A DNA stretch of 64,000 nt, taken from Malacoraja senta. Lineage: Eukaryota. The position numbers were made by a program, and so were the translations under genes. The DNA lies in NCBI GenBank assembly GCA_038087875.1, contig CM075977.1, positions 198,276,001-198,340,000 on the forward strand. The letters are read 5' to 3'. Below, in pieces: positions 23,818 to 37,055 of the stretch. Each line of letters opens with the position of its first letter. The first letter of the stretch is position 1. The notes beneath the pieces were generated by a model. That model saw nothing but the letters and a program-made list of their open reading frames with translations. It was not told the origin of the DNA and made no database searches.

Positions 23818-24632
23818 CAGGGCGACACAAAGGTGCAGCGGTAGAGTTGCTGTCTTACAGCACCAGAGACCAGGGTTCGATCCTGACTATGGGTGCCATC
23901 TGTACAGAGTTTGTACTTTCTCCCTGTGACGCGTGGGTTTTCTCCAGTTGCTCCGGTATCCTCCCACACTCCAAATGGGGACAAGGCGTGGGGGGACCGC
24001 CGTGAGGGACGGTGGAAGAGCAAAGGGGGATCGGGTGTGGGGGAGGGTGGGGGTGGGCACTCTAGTTTTAGTCATTTGTAGATACTAAACGCTGGAGTAA
24101 CTCAGCGGGACAGGCAGCATCTCTGGAGATAAGGAATGGGTGACGTTTTGGGTTGAGACCCTTCTTTAGACTGAAGGGTCTCAACCCGAAAAGTCACCCA
24201 TTCCTTCTCTTCAGAGATGCTGCCTGTCCCGCTGAGTTACTCCAGCGTTTTGTGTCTTCCTTTGATTTAAACCAGCATCAGCAGTTCTTTCCTCCACAGC
24301 CTGTGTTGTTTGTTTGTTTGTTCGTTTATTCCGGTGAAGACGCTGTGCACACGGCAGACAGACAACAGTCGCTTGTCTTTTTCTTTTTGTTTTCACTTTT
24401 AATTTCACGTTTTTGTGTACCTTGTGTACCTTGTGTTGCGACTGTCGGCAGACCAATTTCCCTCTGGGGATGAATAAAGTTTGTCGTATCGTATCGTACC
24501 GTAAAGATGTGTAGGCTTGTAGGTTAATTGGCTTCTGTAAATTGTCCCCAGCATGTAGGATAGAACTAGCAAGCAGGTAATCATTGGTCGGTGTGGCCTA
24601 TTTCTATGGTGTATCTCTAAACTAAACTAAAG
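23818..24632 (+). mobile_element. HE1-type V-SINE split by a ~0.5 kb insertion (Penelope-terminus palindrome + Rex-type tail)
   Basis: SINE head and V-domain at 23818-23975; the body resumes ~24503 and runs to the (CTAAA)n tail. Confidence 0.7.
24087..24250. repeat. 78-bp near-perfect inverted repeat, 8-nt loop
   Basis: Arms 24087-24164 and 24173-24250 are reverse complements with a few mismatches. Confidence 0.9.
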
Positions 24633-25084
24633 TAAAATTCTGCACATTTTAAATACTAATTTAAAAAATGGAAACAAACAAGACATTAGCGGTGGTCTAT
24701 ATTGTTCTGTTGCTGAGGTTGGATTAGGGTTGAGTAGGTTAGTTCCAGAACCTGATGGTTGCAGGAAAGCAGTTGTTAGTTCCAGAACCTGATCGTTGCA
24801 GGAAAGCAGTTGTTTCTGAATCAGTGATTGGTGCAGGACAAATTGTTAGTTCTATTTGTGGACAAAGTGGCCTGGACCAATCATAGATTCAGGAACAGTT
24901 TCTTTCCAAATTGTCCTGGACCAACCACATTTAATCTACAGATTCTAGAAAGCACAACAACATTTCTATGATCAGCCATGATTACATTGAATGGCGGTGC
25001 TGACTCGAAGGGCCGAATGACCTACTCCTGCACCTATTGTCTATTGTCTATTGTCGATTCTACTTCCTCAGAAGACTAAGGAAG

Positions 25085-25400
25085 TTCAGCTTGTTTAGTT
25101 TAATTTAGAGACACAGCGTGCAAACATGCCCTTCTGCCCACCGAGTCCACGCTAACCAGCAATCACCCCGACCACTAGTTCTATCCTGTTCATTAGGGAC
25201 GATTTACAGAGGCCAGTTAACCTACAAATCTGCACGTCTTTGTGAGGAACATCTTTGAGAGAAAACGGGATCACGCAGAGAAAACTCATGCCGTTACAGT
25301 GAGAAGGTACAAACTCAGTACTGACAGCAATCGTAGTCAGGATCAAACCCGGGTCTCTGGTGCAGTAAGGCAGCAGCTTTACCTCTGAGCCACTGTACCA
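25085..25400 (-). mobile_element. HE1-type V-SINE
   Basis: Same family motifs on the minus strand. Confidence 0.7.
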
Positions 25401-26274
25401 TCCTTATTTCCAATGACTACAAAAGAGAGCAAATCCTATCAGGATACAGCACAGCCTGGTTCAGCAACAACTCTGCCTAAGACTGCAGTATAACTCTATG
25501 ACTCCATAACTCTGTGAGATTTGAAAGCATATTGTTAACTAATATCACACTTGAAATGTATACATTAACAAGCTCTTATATAAGTTATTTATATTATATC
25601 CTGTACTATCCAAAGCCTGGAGGGTGTATATTAGCCCAAATTCCCACTACTTCACTGATCTCTACATATCGACCACATCTATTTATCTATCTATCTAGCT
25701 GGGTGTCACAAAGATCATCGAGGACAGGAACGTTGGCATTTCAGTGTTCTCAGACACATTTACGAAAATCCTGAAGTTTCTGTCTGTTTCTAAAAGGGAG
25801 GTTCCTACGACACTATTTGAGGAAGTCAGTATCTTGACCAACACTTTGGTCTCCTTCAATGAACAGTACCAAGACACATCATCTGCCCATGATCATAACA
25901 GTCATATCACAAGACACAAACTGAGCATTTTATTTCCTACAGTGACAACTGAATCTTCACCATATAAAATTTTTGAAAACCATTTAACCCTTTGCATTGC
26001 TGAGAACATACAACATAGAACAGTACAGGAACAGACCCTTCGACCCACAATGTCCATGCTGAACATGTTCATAAGACATAGGAGTAGAATTAGGCCATTT
26101 GACCTATCGAGCATGCTCCGCCATTCATTCATGGCTGATCTATTTTTCCATCTCAACCCCATTCTCCTGTCTTCTGCCCATAGCCTTTGATAACCTTACT
26201 AATCATGACCCTATCAATCTCCTCTTTAAAAATACCCAATGACTTGGCCTCCACAGCCATCTTTAAGCCGAATG

Positions 26275-27005
26275 GATGGCTGAGACAGAGGTTCACATGC
26301 ACCTCCTCTATATTGCATTCAATGTTACTGATGTGGCCTCCGGTACATCTGCGAGCCAAGTGTAGACTCGATGACTGTTTTGCCAAACACTTGCATTCGG
26401 TCCGTCAAGGCCTACAGAATCTCTGGAGTGGATGCTAACCACTTCAATTCCCCTTCCCATTCCCATACTGAACCTTTCTGCCCTGGACCTCCTCCATCTC
26501 CAGAGTGCATCCACACGTAAACAGGAGGAACAGCACCTCATATAGGCTTGGGTAGTTCACAACATGATGGTATGAACAATGAATTCTACAATTTTAGGTA
26601 AATAATCTAACACCCCCTGCCCCCCACTTTCCCACTGTCTCCTCCCACCCCACCCCCACCCTCCGTCTCTTCCCTGTGCTCCACTTGGACTGCCACCTAT
26701 TTCTCCCCTCCCCCACCTCATCCACTTACATTCCTTCCTCTGGCTTCACAATTTGCAACTCTTCTATCCTTATACCTTTTGTCATATCATCTCTGGCCTT
26801 TGTCCAATCATCAGCCTATCAACCCCCTCCCCCCCCCCCTACACACACCTTTATTTGTATCCACCTATCACTTGCCAGGCTTTTTCCTGCCCATCCTTTC
26901 TCAGTTTCTTCACCACCATCAGACTGAAGAAGGGTCCCGATCCGAAACGTCACCTGTCCATGTCCTCCACAGATGCTGCCTGACCTGCTGAATTACTCCA
27001 GCACT
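26275..27005 (+). mobile_element. Penelope-like element 3' fragment
   Basis: Degenerate QRFTCTSS...HLHSVRQG GIY-YIG segment, pyrimidine tract, terminal repeat. Confidence 0.75.
26924..26951 (+). ncRNA. Minimal hammerhead ribozyme core (Penelope-associated)
   Basis: CTGAAGA-A-GGGTC-CC-GATCC-GAAAC-GTC: CUGANGA, stem II, GAAA, palindromic ACGU and a GUC triplet. Confidence 0.6.
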
Positions 27006-27487
27006 TGTGTGTCTTTCTTTTTTCTAATGGGAATAAAGGCAAGTTATGGTTTATGGGAAAGAACTTGGACTTTGACCATCTCTCTTCTTCCACAGTTGAG
27101 TATGGTGGTATTGACTCTGCAATCACTTCACCAGTAGAATTGACCAGTAGTAGACTATTCAGAGTCTGTGGTGATATTCAGGACTACATTAAACTTGAGC
27201 AGAGGAATTTCCAATGTATTGTTTCTACTTGCCTCAGGTCTTTCTCTGTTTAGTCCCTCCCAAGAGACTTGATGAACGGGTTAAGCAGAGGCGAAAGAAG
27301 GAGGAAGTGTAGGGCAGAGGTTAGATGAGTACGTTTCTCCTGTTCATTCATTTCTCAGCTTATGGGCGTCAAGGGCAAGGCCAGCATTTAGTTCCCACCC
27401 ATTATTGCCCCTGAACAGATACATTTATTAATCCTTCACAGGGACTATCAGACGTGTGGACCTGGAGTTAACTATAAGTTAGATGCC

Positions 27488-27735
27488 GGGGCAGCACAGT
27501 GGCGCAGCGGTAGAGTTGCTGCCTCACATCACCAGAGACCTGGGTTCAATCCTAACTATGGGTGCTGTCTGAACGGAGTTTGTACATTCTTCCAGGTGAC
27601 CTGCGTGGGTTTTTTCCGGGTGCTTCGGTTTCCTCCCACACTCCAAAGTCATACGGGTTCGTAGGTTAATTAGCTTCTGGTAAATTGTAAATCATTCCTC
27701 ATGCGTTAGTGTGCGATCAATGATAGGTGCAGACT
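27488..27735 (+). mobile_element. HE1-type V-SINE
   Basis: A box TGGCGCAGCGG, B box GGTTCAATCC, V-domain. Confidence 0.85.
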
Positions 27736-28059
27736 CGATTGGGTGAATGCACAGAGTCTTTTTCCCGGAGTAGGGTAATCAAATACTAGAAGGCATAGGT
27801 TTAAGATAAGAGGGGAATGATTTAATAGGAACCAGAAGGGTAACTATTTCATGCAAAGGATGGTGGATATGTGGAACGAGCTGCCAGAGGAAGACATTGA
27901 TACAGGTACTATAACAGCATTTTAAAAATATTTGGACAGGTACATGGATAGGAAAGATTTAGAGGGATATGGGTCAAATGTGGGCCAACGGAACTAGCTT
28001 GGTGGGAGATCTTGGCCGGCATGGATGAGTTGGGCCAAAGAGCCTGTTTCCATGCAGGA

Positions 28060-28860
28060 GCTGTAACCTCAGCCCCCTGCTCTACTCACTCTATACCCAT
28101 GACTATACCTCGACTATAGTTCTTATGCACTTATGACAGCGCCACCAAATACCAATCCAAATCAATTTACAAGTTCACTGTCGATACCACCGTAGTTGGC
28201 TGTATATCATATAATAAAAAGACCGAATAGAGAAATGAGATAGAGAACCTTGTAACCTGGTGCCAAGACCATAACATCTCTCTCAAAGTCAGCTGGACAG
28301 AGCAGATTGTGATTGACATCAGGAAACAAATCAGTTCACACACCCTGCTATACATTGTTGGTGCCGAAATAGAGATGATTGAAAGCTTTAAGTTCCTAGG
28401 GATAAATATCACCAGCAACTTGTCCTGGACCAGCCACAATAAAACTATAACTGAGAAAGCACACCAACGCCTCTACTTATTTAAAAGACTTAGGAAATTC
28501 AGCATGTCCCCAACAACTCTCACCAACTTCTGCAGATGCACTGTTGAAAACATTTTATCGGGGTGCATCACAGCATGGTTTGGGAGCAGCTCCATCCAAG
28601 ACCGCAAGAAATAGTGGAGTTGTGGACACAGCCCTTATCATCACACAAACCAACCTCTCTTCCATTGACACCATCTACACTTCACTCTGTCTTGGCAAGG
28701 CCACCAGCATAATCAAGGACCAGTCTCATTCCAGACATTCCCTCTTCTCCCCTCTCCCATCAGGAAAGAAGTATAGAAGTGTAAAAACGCATAACTCCAG
28801 ATTCAGGGACAGTTTCTTTCCAGCTGTTATCAGCAACAACAATCATCTCATCAGCTAGAA
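28060..28860 (+). mobile_element. Degenerate Rex1/Babar LINE RT fragment
   Basis: DTTVVG, WCQDHN, SFKFLG...NLSW, KAHQRLY, ILSGCITAWFG. Confidence 0.85.
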
Positions 28861-29421
28861 TGGTGTCCTGCCTCTCAACAAACAAACAATAATGGTACAA
28901 AGACAAATCAATGCCTCTAAGTATGTTTAAGAAAGAACTGCAGATGCTGGAGAAATCAAAGGTAGACAAAAATGCTGGAAAAACTCAGTTGTGAGGCAGC
29001 ATCTATGGAGTCTGAAGATGGGTCTCGACCCGAAACATCGCCTATTCCTTCTCTCCATAGATGCTGCCTCACCCGCTGAGTTTCTCCAGCATTTTTGTCT
29101 ATCTCTAAGTCTATGTTGTTCAGAGCAAATTTGGTGGTTGTAGCGTTTAATGTCCTGATTGTTATAAGGAAGAAGCTGGTTCTAAACTTGGACAATACAG
29201 GTTTCAGGCTCCCATACCTTCTTTCCGATGGCAGGAGTGAAATTAGAGTGTAGCCAGGGTGGTGTGGGTTTGTTGATGATGTTGGCTGCCTTTTTGAGCC
29301 AGTGATTCCTGTAGATTCCTTTGATGGTGGGGAGATCAGATCCTGTGATGGACTGGGCAGTGTTCACCACCATCTTCTTCGTTCCTGTGCCATATGACCC
29401 TAAGATACAGGAGCAGAATTA

Positions 29422-29657
29422 AGGGCCTGTCCCACTTTCACAACCTAATTCACGACCTCTGCCGAGTTTGCCCTTGACTCATACTCGCAGCATGGTTGTC
29501 ACGTGGTCGTAGGAGGTCGTAGGTAGGTCGTAGCAGGCCGTGATGCTAGTCATAGGTAATCGTGGCATCAAGTAGGGGGGCGTTTTTTCTAACCTGATGA
29601 AAAATGTCCATGAGTAAAAAAGGTCGTGAATTAGGTCGTGAAAGTGGGATAGGCCCT
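29422..29657. mobile_element. PIF/Harbinger-type MITE
   Basis: TIR AGGGCCTGTCCCACTTTCAC / GTGAAAGTGGGATAGGCCCT, TSD TTA (29419-29421, 29658-29660). Confidence 0.85.
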
Positions 29658-30504
29658 TTAGGCTATTCAGCCAATCGAAACTGCTCTGCCATTCGATCAT
29701 GGCTGATTTCCCCTCTCAACCCCATTCCCCTGCCATAACACCATAACCGGCAACACCAAAGCACGCAACAAGAGCTTTTCACTGTACCTCATTACACGTG
29801 ACAGTAAACTAAACCGAACTAACCTTTGACCCCCATACTAATGAAGAACCTATCAATATCCACTTTAAAAATACCCAATGACGTCCTCTACATCTGTCTG
29901 GGGCAATGAATTTATCACGTATGAACTTATGAACTTATGAATGAATACCAAAGATGTGACATACATAGTCAGACATTTATTTATTGACACCATCCTGTGC
30001 TATCATGACAACTCTTGGTGCAGTTCAAGGTGAATATTAGCTACTACATCCTCAGGATTAGTTGGAAGGGCATGAATGTATCCAATCCAAATTAAACAAA
30101 ACACTATTCCCTTTTGCACTTGTATTCCAATTAATTAATCTGACCTACAAAGTGAATTGTTTAAGTATAATGTTTACAGAACTTCAATGATAAGGTCAAG
30201 TTAATCATAAATAACTATTTAGTTAACAATCAACTCAATTGATCTCTCAAAGATCAATCTCGCAACTATATAATGTAAAATGTGAGGTAAATAGAAACCG
30301 TTTTATATTCATGTCAAGAGAGAGAATGAGAAAGAGAGATTAAATATGTGCCGAAGCATTTTGTAATTACAGGTGATGAATAATACTGGTGCAATCGTGA
30401 CTTTTGCCATTAAATCAAAGTGACATTTAAGATAAAGTTTAATAAAAGGAATAATAAAGAATGGAAACAGTATTAAGCTGTTTGGCCCTGCTTTCCCATT
30501 AGGA

Positions 30505-30810
30505 ACGGCACAGTGACGCAGCGGTAGAGTTGCTGCCTTACAGCGCCAGAGACCTGGGTTCGATCCTGACTACGGGTGCTGTCTGTACAGAGTTTGTACG
30601 TTCCCCCTGTGACTGCGTGGGTTTTCTCTGGTTGCTCCGGCTTCCTCCTGCAGTCTAAAGACATGCAGGCTTGTGGATTAATCGGCTTTTGTAAATTGTC
30701 AAAAATGTGTAGGATAAAACTAGTGTACGGGTGATTGATGGTCACCGTGAACTCGGTGGGGCAACGGGTCCGTTTTCATGCTGTATCTCTAAACTAAACT
30801 AAAACTAAAC
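30505..30810 (+). mobile_element. HE1-type V-SINE, full length
   Basis: A/B boxes (GGTTCGATCC), V-domain, (CTAAA)n tail. Confidence 0.85.
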
Positions 30811-31879
30811 AATAAGATCATTGCTGCTTCAACAGCGCCACCTCTCTGCACAAATTGATTTCCTACATCTCAGTCGCTGTCTTGAATATGCTCAACTGTT
30901 CAGGTGGTGAATTCCAAGTATTCACTTCCATTCTCTCTGAATAAAATCTCTGGATTGTTTTCTCTGGAACGCCGAAGCTTAGGATGGGACTTTGGAGAAA
31001 CATCAAAAATTATAAGGGGCATAGAAAGGGTAGACGTGGTCATAACCCTTTTCCCAGGGTGGAAATGTCAAATACTAGAGGGCATAGGTTTAAGGTGAGA
31101 AGGGGAATTTTCAAGTAGATGTGCAGGGCATGGTTTTTACAGAGAGAGTGGTGAGCACCTGGAATGCCATGGCTAGGGATGGTGGTGGAGGAAGTACAAT
31201 AGTGGTGTTTAAGAGACTTTTGGATATGCACATGGATATGCAGGGAATGGAGGGATATGGATTATGTGCAGGCAGATAAGTGATGGTCTTGGCATGAGGT
31301 TTGGCATCGACATTGTGGCTGAAGGGCCTGTTCCTGTGCTGTAATGTTCTATGCAAATATTTCAGAGTCCTAGAATTGTATAGAGTAGAAACAGGCCCTT
31401 CAACCCGCTCCATCTTTGCCTACCAGCTTGCCTATCTTTACTAACCCCACTTACCCCCATTGATTCCATATCACTCTCTGCCTCGCGCTTTCAAGTATTT
31501 GTCCATTTATCACATTCTTTGTGTTAAATTTCATCATCCATTCCTCAGCCCACCTGCCCAAACCAATCAAGATCCTGCTGCAATTTTTGACAACCATCTT
31601 CACTATCTACAATACCACCCACTTTGGTCTCATCTGCAAACTTGTAAATCATGCCTTGTACGTTCTCAGATATAGATCAGTTATGATCTGATGATCTTAT
31701 CAATTTCATGGTTTATTTTCTTATTGTGGTTGAGTCAAACTCTGAGCCATGTCTGTACATATCTGTGCTGTGCCCACTGAAAGCTTGCACCTTTATGCAA
31801 AATTCCCAGCCTATTCAAAATATCTAGAAAATTATGGAAATTCTTTTATCCACTGACAAACCCAGAACTCAAGTCTGAC

Positions 31880-33175
31880 AAATAATAGTAAGATTAAACG
31901 AGAACTTACCTAAGTTTGAAGTTTGATCTTTATTTTATGAGGAGTTACGTAGGTGATTACGTGAAGAACCCCGCCAGTGCGCCTGCGTGTCAATCTTCAA
32001 AGCAGCGGTGTGAAATCACAAAAAACAACAACCGAAGTAATATAGTCTCATAATAAAACGAGTAATACAAGAACTTCCATCTGACCTTTATGATAGAGGG
32101 TAGGGTCGTGGCGGGCACGTAATCACCTACGTAACTCCTCATAAAATAAAGATCAAACTTCAAACTTAGGTAAGTTCTCGTTTAATCTTACTATTTTACT
32201 TCGGAGTCACATGAGTGACTACGTGAAGATTTTAAAGCTTTGTGATTTCATGCCGCAGATCAATCCCGGCTTCTTACTGCATTGATTGACTCGGAACGAG
32301 AATAATCAATCATGCATTCATAATAACATTTGTACCACAAATGCAGTAATTCATTTCAATAATGAAATTAATCAGATCCCCTTTAAACCAGAGGAATTTA
32401 CACAGAACTTAAAATAGTTTCTGCAAACAATCCCGCATTAACAATAGGCCGATGGTAAAAATGTTGAAACATCAACTCATTGGACCACCCGGTGGCTGCG
32501 AGGATATGGTCGACAGGGACGTCTTTCACCCTGGCCGCCGACGTTTCTGCCACCCTAGTCAAGTGAGACGTAAAAACATCAGTGTTAATACCAGCAGCTG
32601 TTAAGACTTCTTTTATCCATCTGGAAATAGTCTGTACTAAAACTCTCTTGTGTGGTTTCTTGTGTGTGATCAACAACCCAGTTTCCGTATTCTCAAATTC
32701 TTTGTGACCTCCATGTATTGTAACAAATATGTCTTAACACAGAGACAAGGATCATTTGGATATGCTGCTAGCACAATTTTAAATCCTGTCACACATGGCC
32801 TACTTTGCTTTAGTAGGTCATAGATATAGAATGTAACCTTGTCTTCAGTTACTTCCATCCTGTCTATTTGTAATTTTCCAAGTGTTTGCACTCGTTGTGC
32901 TGTCACTAATGCCATAAGCATGACTACTTTCATACTGAGCTTGGCCAAAAGTAAAGACACACGTGGTGACCATTCACAAAGTAGTTTCAGTACCACACTT
33001 ACATCCCAGATTGTCATGTCCCTAGGTTTCGGTGGTTTGGAATTAAAGATTCCTTTCATTAGTCTGGAAACAAGTGGGTGTGACCCAATTGAGTTTCTTT
33101 CTGAATCCAGAACCAAATATGAGGACAATGCACTTCTGGCTGAATTAATTGCACTACAACTCAGACCTTCATCAT
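31880..33175 (-). mobile_element. DIRS-type tyrosine-recombinase retrotransposon, 3' part (frameshifted YR, internal complementary region, right terminal repeat)
   Basis: ORFs 32670-33128 and 32398-32676 carry YR catalytic motifs (TAQR, HLTR, GW...FQHFY). Perfect 80-bp inverted repeat 31884-31963 / 32116-32195. TTT terminus. Confidence 0.9.
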
Positions 33176-35087
33176 AAATTCAATTCAAATTCAATTCTTG
33201 CAAGCAACAGTTGTGCAGTGCAAAACGAAAAGACGTTTCCCAGGGAATACCGGAGCATCGCACATGACGTTTAAAACATTTCACACATAATAATAATAAT
33301 AACAACACTAAAACAATCCAGTCCCTGATGGAAGAGTATAAGTTAAAATAGATACAAACAACATTAAAATACAGTAAGACCAATCATAAACATGTCCGGG
33401 GTGGCTGATTTGAGTGGCCAGTGCCAGTTATTGAAGTGGCCAGTGCCAGTTATTATAGTGTCCGTGCCAAGCCGCAGAATCAGGTGACTGAGTACAGAGT
33501 GGCTGTTTAGCAGCCTCACAGCATATGGCAGGAAGCTGTTTAGCAGTCTTGTAGTCCGGGCTTTGATGCTGCGATATCTCTTGCCTGATGGCAGGAGATC
33601 CAGGTGTATGTGGAGGGGGTGCATTTTGTCCTTGGCAATTTTTGGGGCTTTTTTCCGACAGCGGCTCAGGAACAGTTCTTGTACCGAGGGTAGGGAGACG
33701 CCAATGATCCTCTCTGCTCCCCTCACTACCCTCTGCAGAGCCTTCCTGTCCGAGCAGTTGCAGGTTGAGTACCACGTATTTAAACAGTACGTGAGTACAG
33801 ACTCCACTGTACCCCTGTAGAAAGTCCTGAGGATGTTGGTGGGGAGTGAGGCCTGTTTTAGTTTCCTCAGGAAGTGCAGTCGCTGATGGGCCCTTTTGAC
33901 GGTCCCAGTGGTGTTTCTGGACCAGGTGAGGCTGTCCGTAATTTGCACCCCGAGGAACTTTATGCTCTCCACTCTCTCCACTGTGGCGCCACTGATGTTA
34001 AGGGGTGCATGCTTTGGCTGCGCCCTCCTGAAGTCGACAACCATCTCCTTTGTTTTTTCCACATTTAGTTCTAGATTATTTTTATTTTTGCCGCACCAGT
34101 CCACTAGTTGTTTTACTTCCTCCCTGTACATTGATTCATCATCTCCGCTGATGAGTCCCACCACTGTTGTGTCATCCGCGAATATTATGATCATATTGTC
34201 CCTGAATCTGGCCACACAGTCATGTGTGAGCAATGTGAACAACAGCGGGCTGAGCACACAGCCTTGAGGTGAGCCGGTGCTCAGCGTGATCAAGCCTGAA
34301 GTGTTCTTGCCCACACGGACTGACTGCGGTCTCTCTGTCAGAAAGTCCAAGATCCAGTGACACAGGGTGGTGTTGAGGCCCAGCAGGGTTAGTTTCTCCA
34401 CAAGTCTCTGTGGGATGATGGTGTTGAACGCAAAGCTGAAGTCAATGTACAGGATTCTGGCGTATGTGTTACTTTTTTCCAAATGCGTGAGCACTGTGTG
34501 CAGCATGGTAGAGATGGCGTTCTCTGTAGAACGGTTGGGGCGATAGGCAAACTGGAGGGGGTCTAACGATGAGGGGAGGCTGGCAGTAATGTGGGGTTTC
34601 ACCAGGCGTTCAAAACACTTCATTATTATTGGGGTCAGGGCGACAGGGCGGTAATCATTTAGGCAGGCAACAACTGGTTTCTTCGCTATTGGGATAATTG
34701 TACTCGTTTTGAGGCATGTGGGGACAATGGCTTGACTGAGGGAGATGTTATAGATGTCCGTTAGCACATCTGCTAACTCCTCAGCACATTCCTTAAGCAC
34801 ACGTCCTGGGATGTTATCGGGTCCGACTGCTTTCCACGGGTTGACCTTAGACAGGATTCTCCGTGTGTCCATAGGGTCTATGGTCAGGACTGGCTGGTCG
34901 GTTTGTATGCAGGGACTGGCTCTCCCCTTGGGTGTGGTGTTTGCTGCATCAAAACGAGCGAAGAAGTTGTTTAGTTCATCAGGGAGAGAAGAATCCGTGT
35001 CAGTTACCTGCTGCCTTGCCCTGTACCCCGTCAGTGTTTGGATTCCCTTCCACATCCTCCTGGTGTCTCCTGTGTCACAGAGGTGTC
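33176..35087 (-). mobile_element. Rex1/Babar LINE with an open RT frame, inserted into the DIRS YR, running into the gap
   Basis: [53 protein letters not shown]; (TTGAA)n-like tail at 33176-33200. Confidence 0.95.
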
Positions 35088-35287
35088 NNNNNNNNNNNNN
35101 NNNNNNNNNNNNNNNNNNNNNNNNNNNNNNNNNNNNNNNNNNNNNNNNNNNNNNNNNNNNNNNNNNNNNNNNNNNNNNNNNNNNNNNNNNNNNNNNNNNN
35201 NNNNNNNNNNNNNNNNNNNNNNNNNNNNNNNNNNNNNNNNNNNNNNNNNNNNNNNNNNNNNNNNNNNNNNNNNNNNNNNNNNNNNNN
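35088..35287. other. Assembly gap (200 N)
   Basis: Run of N. Confidence 1.
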
Positions 35288-36372
35288 GCTTCGCACAACA
35301 CATCTACTCAGTTCACAATAACCAACCTGATCTCCCGGTTGCTCAACACTTCAACTCCCCTTCCCATTCCGAATCCGACCTTTCTGTCCTGGACCTCTTC
35401 CATGGCCAGAGTGAGGGCCATCGCATATTGGAGGAGCTCCACCTCATATTCGCTTGGGTAGTTTACACCCCAGCGGTATGAACATTGGCTTCTCTAATTT
35501 CAGGTAGTCCTTGCTTTCTCCCTCCTTCCTCGCCCATTCCCAGCTCTCCCACAGCCTACTGTCTCCACCTCTTCCTTTCTTTTTCATGTCCCCCCCCCGA
35601 CATCAATCTGAAGAAGGGTCTCGACCCGAAACGTCGTCTATTCCTTCGCTCCATAGATGATGCCTTACCCGGTGATTTTTCTCCAGCTTTTTTGTCTACC
35701 TATGGGACCCACCACTGGCCACATCTTCCCATCTCCTCCCCTGATGGCTTTCCGCAGAGACCGCTCCCTCCATAACACCCTGGTCAATTCGTCCCTTACC
35801 ACCCAAACCACCCAAACACTTGTTGCTTTGACTCCATTCAAGGACCCAAGCAGTCTTTCCAGGTGCGGCAGAGGTTCACCTGCACCTCCTCCAACCTCAT
35901 CTATTGCATCCACTGCTCTAGGTGTCAGCTGCTCTATATCGGTGAGACCAAGCATAGGCTTGGCGATCGCTTCGTCCAACACCTCCGCTCAGTCCGCAAT
36001 AACCAACCTGATCTCCCGGTGGCTCAGCACTTCAACTCCCCCTCCCATTCCGAATCCGACCTTTCTGTCCTGGGCCTCTTCCATGGCCAGAGTGAGGCCA
36101 CTGTAAATTGGAGGAGCAGCACCTCATATTTCGCTTGGGCAGTTTACACCCCAGCGGTATGAACATTGACTTTTCAATTTCAGGTAATCCCTGCTTTCTC
36201 CTCCCCTTCCAAGCTCTCCCTCAGCCCACTGTCTCCGCCTCTTCCTTTCTTCTTCCCGTCCCCCCCACCCTCACATCAGTAGGAAGAAGGGTCTCGACCC
36301 GAAACGTCACCTATTTCCTTCGCTCCATAGATGCTGCCTCACCCGCTGAGTATCTCCAGCATTTTTGTCTAC
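35288..36372 (+). mobile_element. Penelope-like element, partial tandem (two GIY-YIG C-termini, each with a terminal repeat)
   Basis: IYCIHCSRCQLLYIGETKHRLGDRFVQH (35863-36162). The C-terminal segment is duplicated at 35288-35700. Confidence 0.9.
35608..35635 (+). ncRNA. Minimal hammerhead ribozyme core (intact)
   Basis: CTGAAGA-A-GGGTC-TC-GACCC-GAAAC-GTC. Confidence 0.65.
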
Positions 36373-37055
36373 CCATTCACACAAGTTCAGTTATCCCACT
36401 TTCCTTATCCACTCCCTACATATGGGGCAATTTTACAGAGACAAGTTAACCTACAAAGCCAATGCATCTTTGGGATGTGGGAGGAAACCCACACGCTTAC
36501 AGGGAGAATGTGCAAATTCAACACAGACAGTGCCTGAGGACAGGATCAAACACAGATCTCTGGCGTGTGAGACAGCAAGTCTACCAGCTGTGCCACTATA
36601 TTTTGTTTTCCAACACACAAAAAATTATACATTGATAACTTTGGTTACTAAGAAAAGGAAAATATTCATTTTCAGTTTTAAATCTCCAAGTGACGCTATG
36701 TCCCCCTTTACAGCTACTGTATGTTTTAATTAAGTTCAAGATTATGGGGCAGTACATTTGCCATAAAGCTGCTGCCTAAAAGTGCCAGAGACCCGGAATT
36801 GATCCTGAATATGGGCGCTGTCTGTATGGAGTTTGCTCCTTTTCTCTTTGATCGCGTGGGTTTTCTCCGGGTGCTCTTGTTTCCTTCCACATTCCAAAGG
36901 TGTGCAGGAACCTTTCAGACCCAACCCAAAACGTAATATTTTCCTTTTGTCCAGAGATTCTGTCTGACCTGTTGAGTTATTCCAGCTTTTTGTGTCTATC
37001 TTCAGTTTAAACCAGCATCTGCAGTTCCTACACACACGATACTATATGATAGAAC

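Noticed and set aside
27488-27560. tRNA-like sequences with A/B boxes (several loci)
   Set aside because: These are SINE heads continuing into the V-domain, not tRNA genes.
34754-35481. ORFs spanning the N run (and 36992-37336)
   Set aside because: Artefacts of translating assembly gaps.
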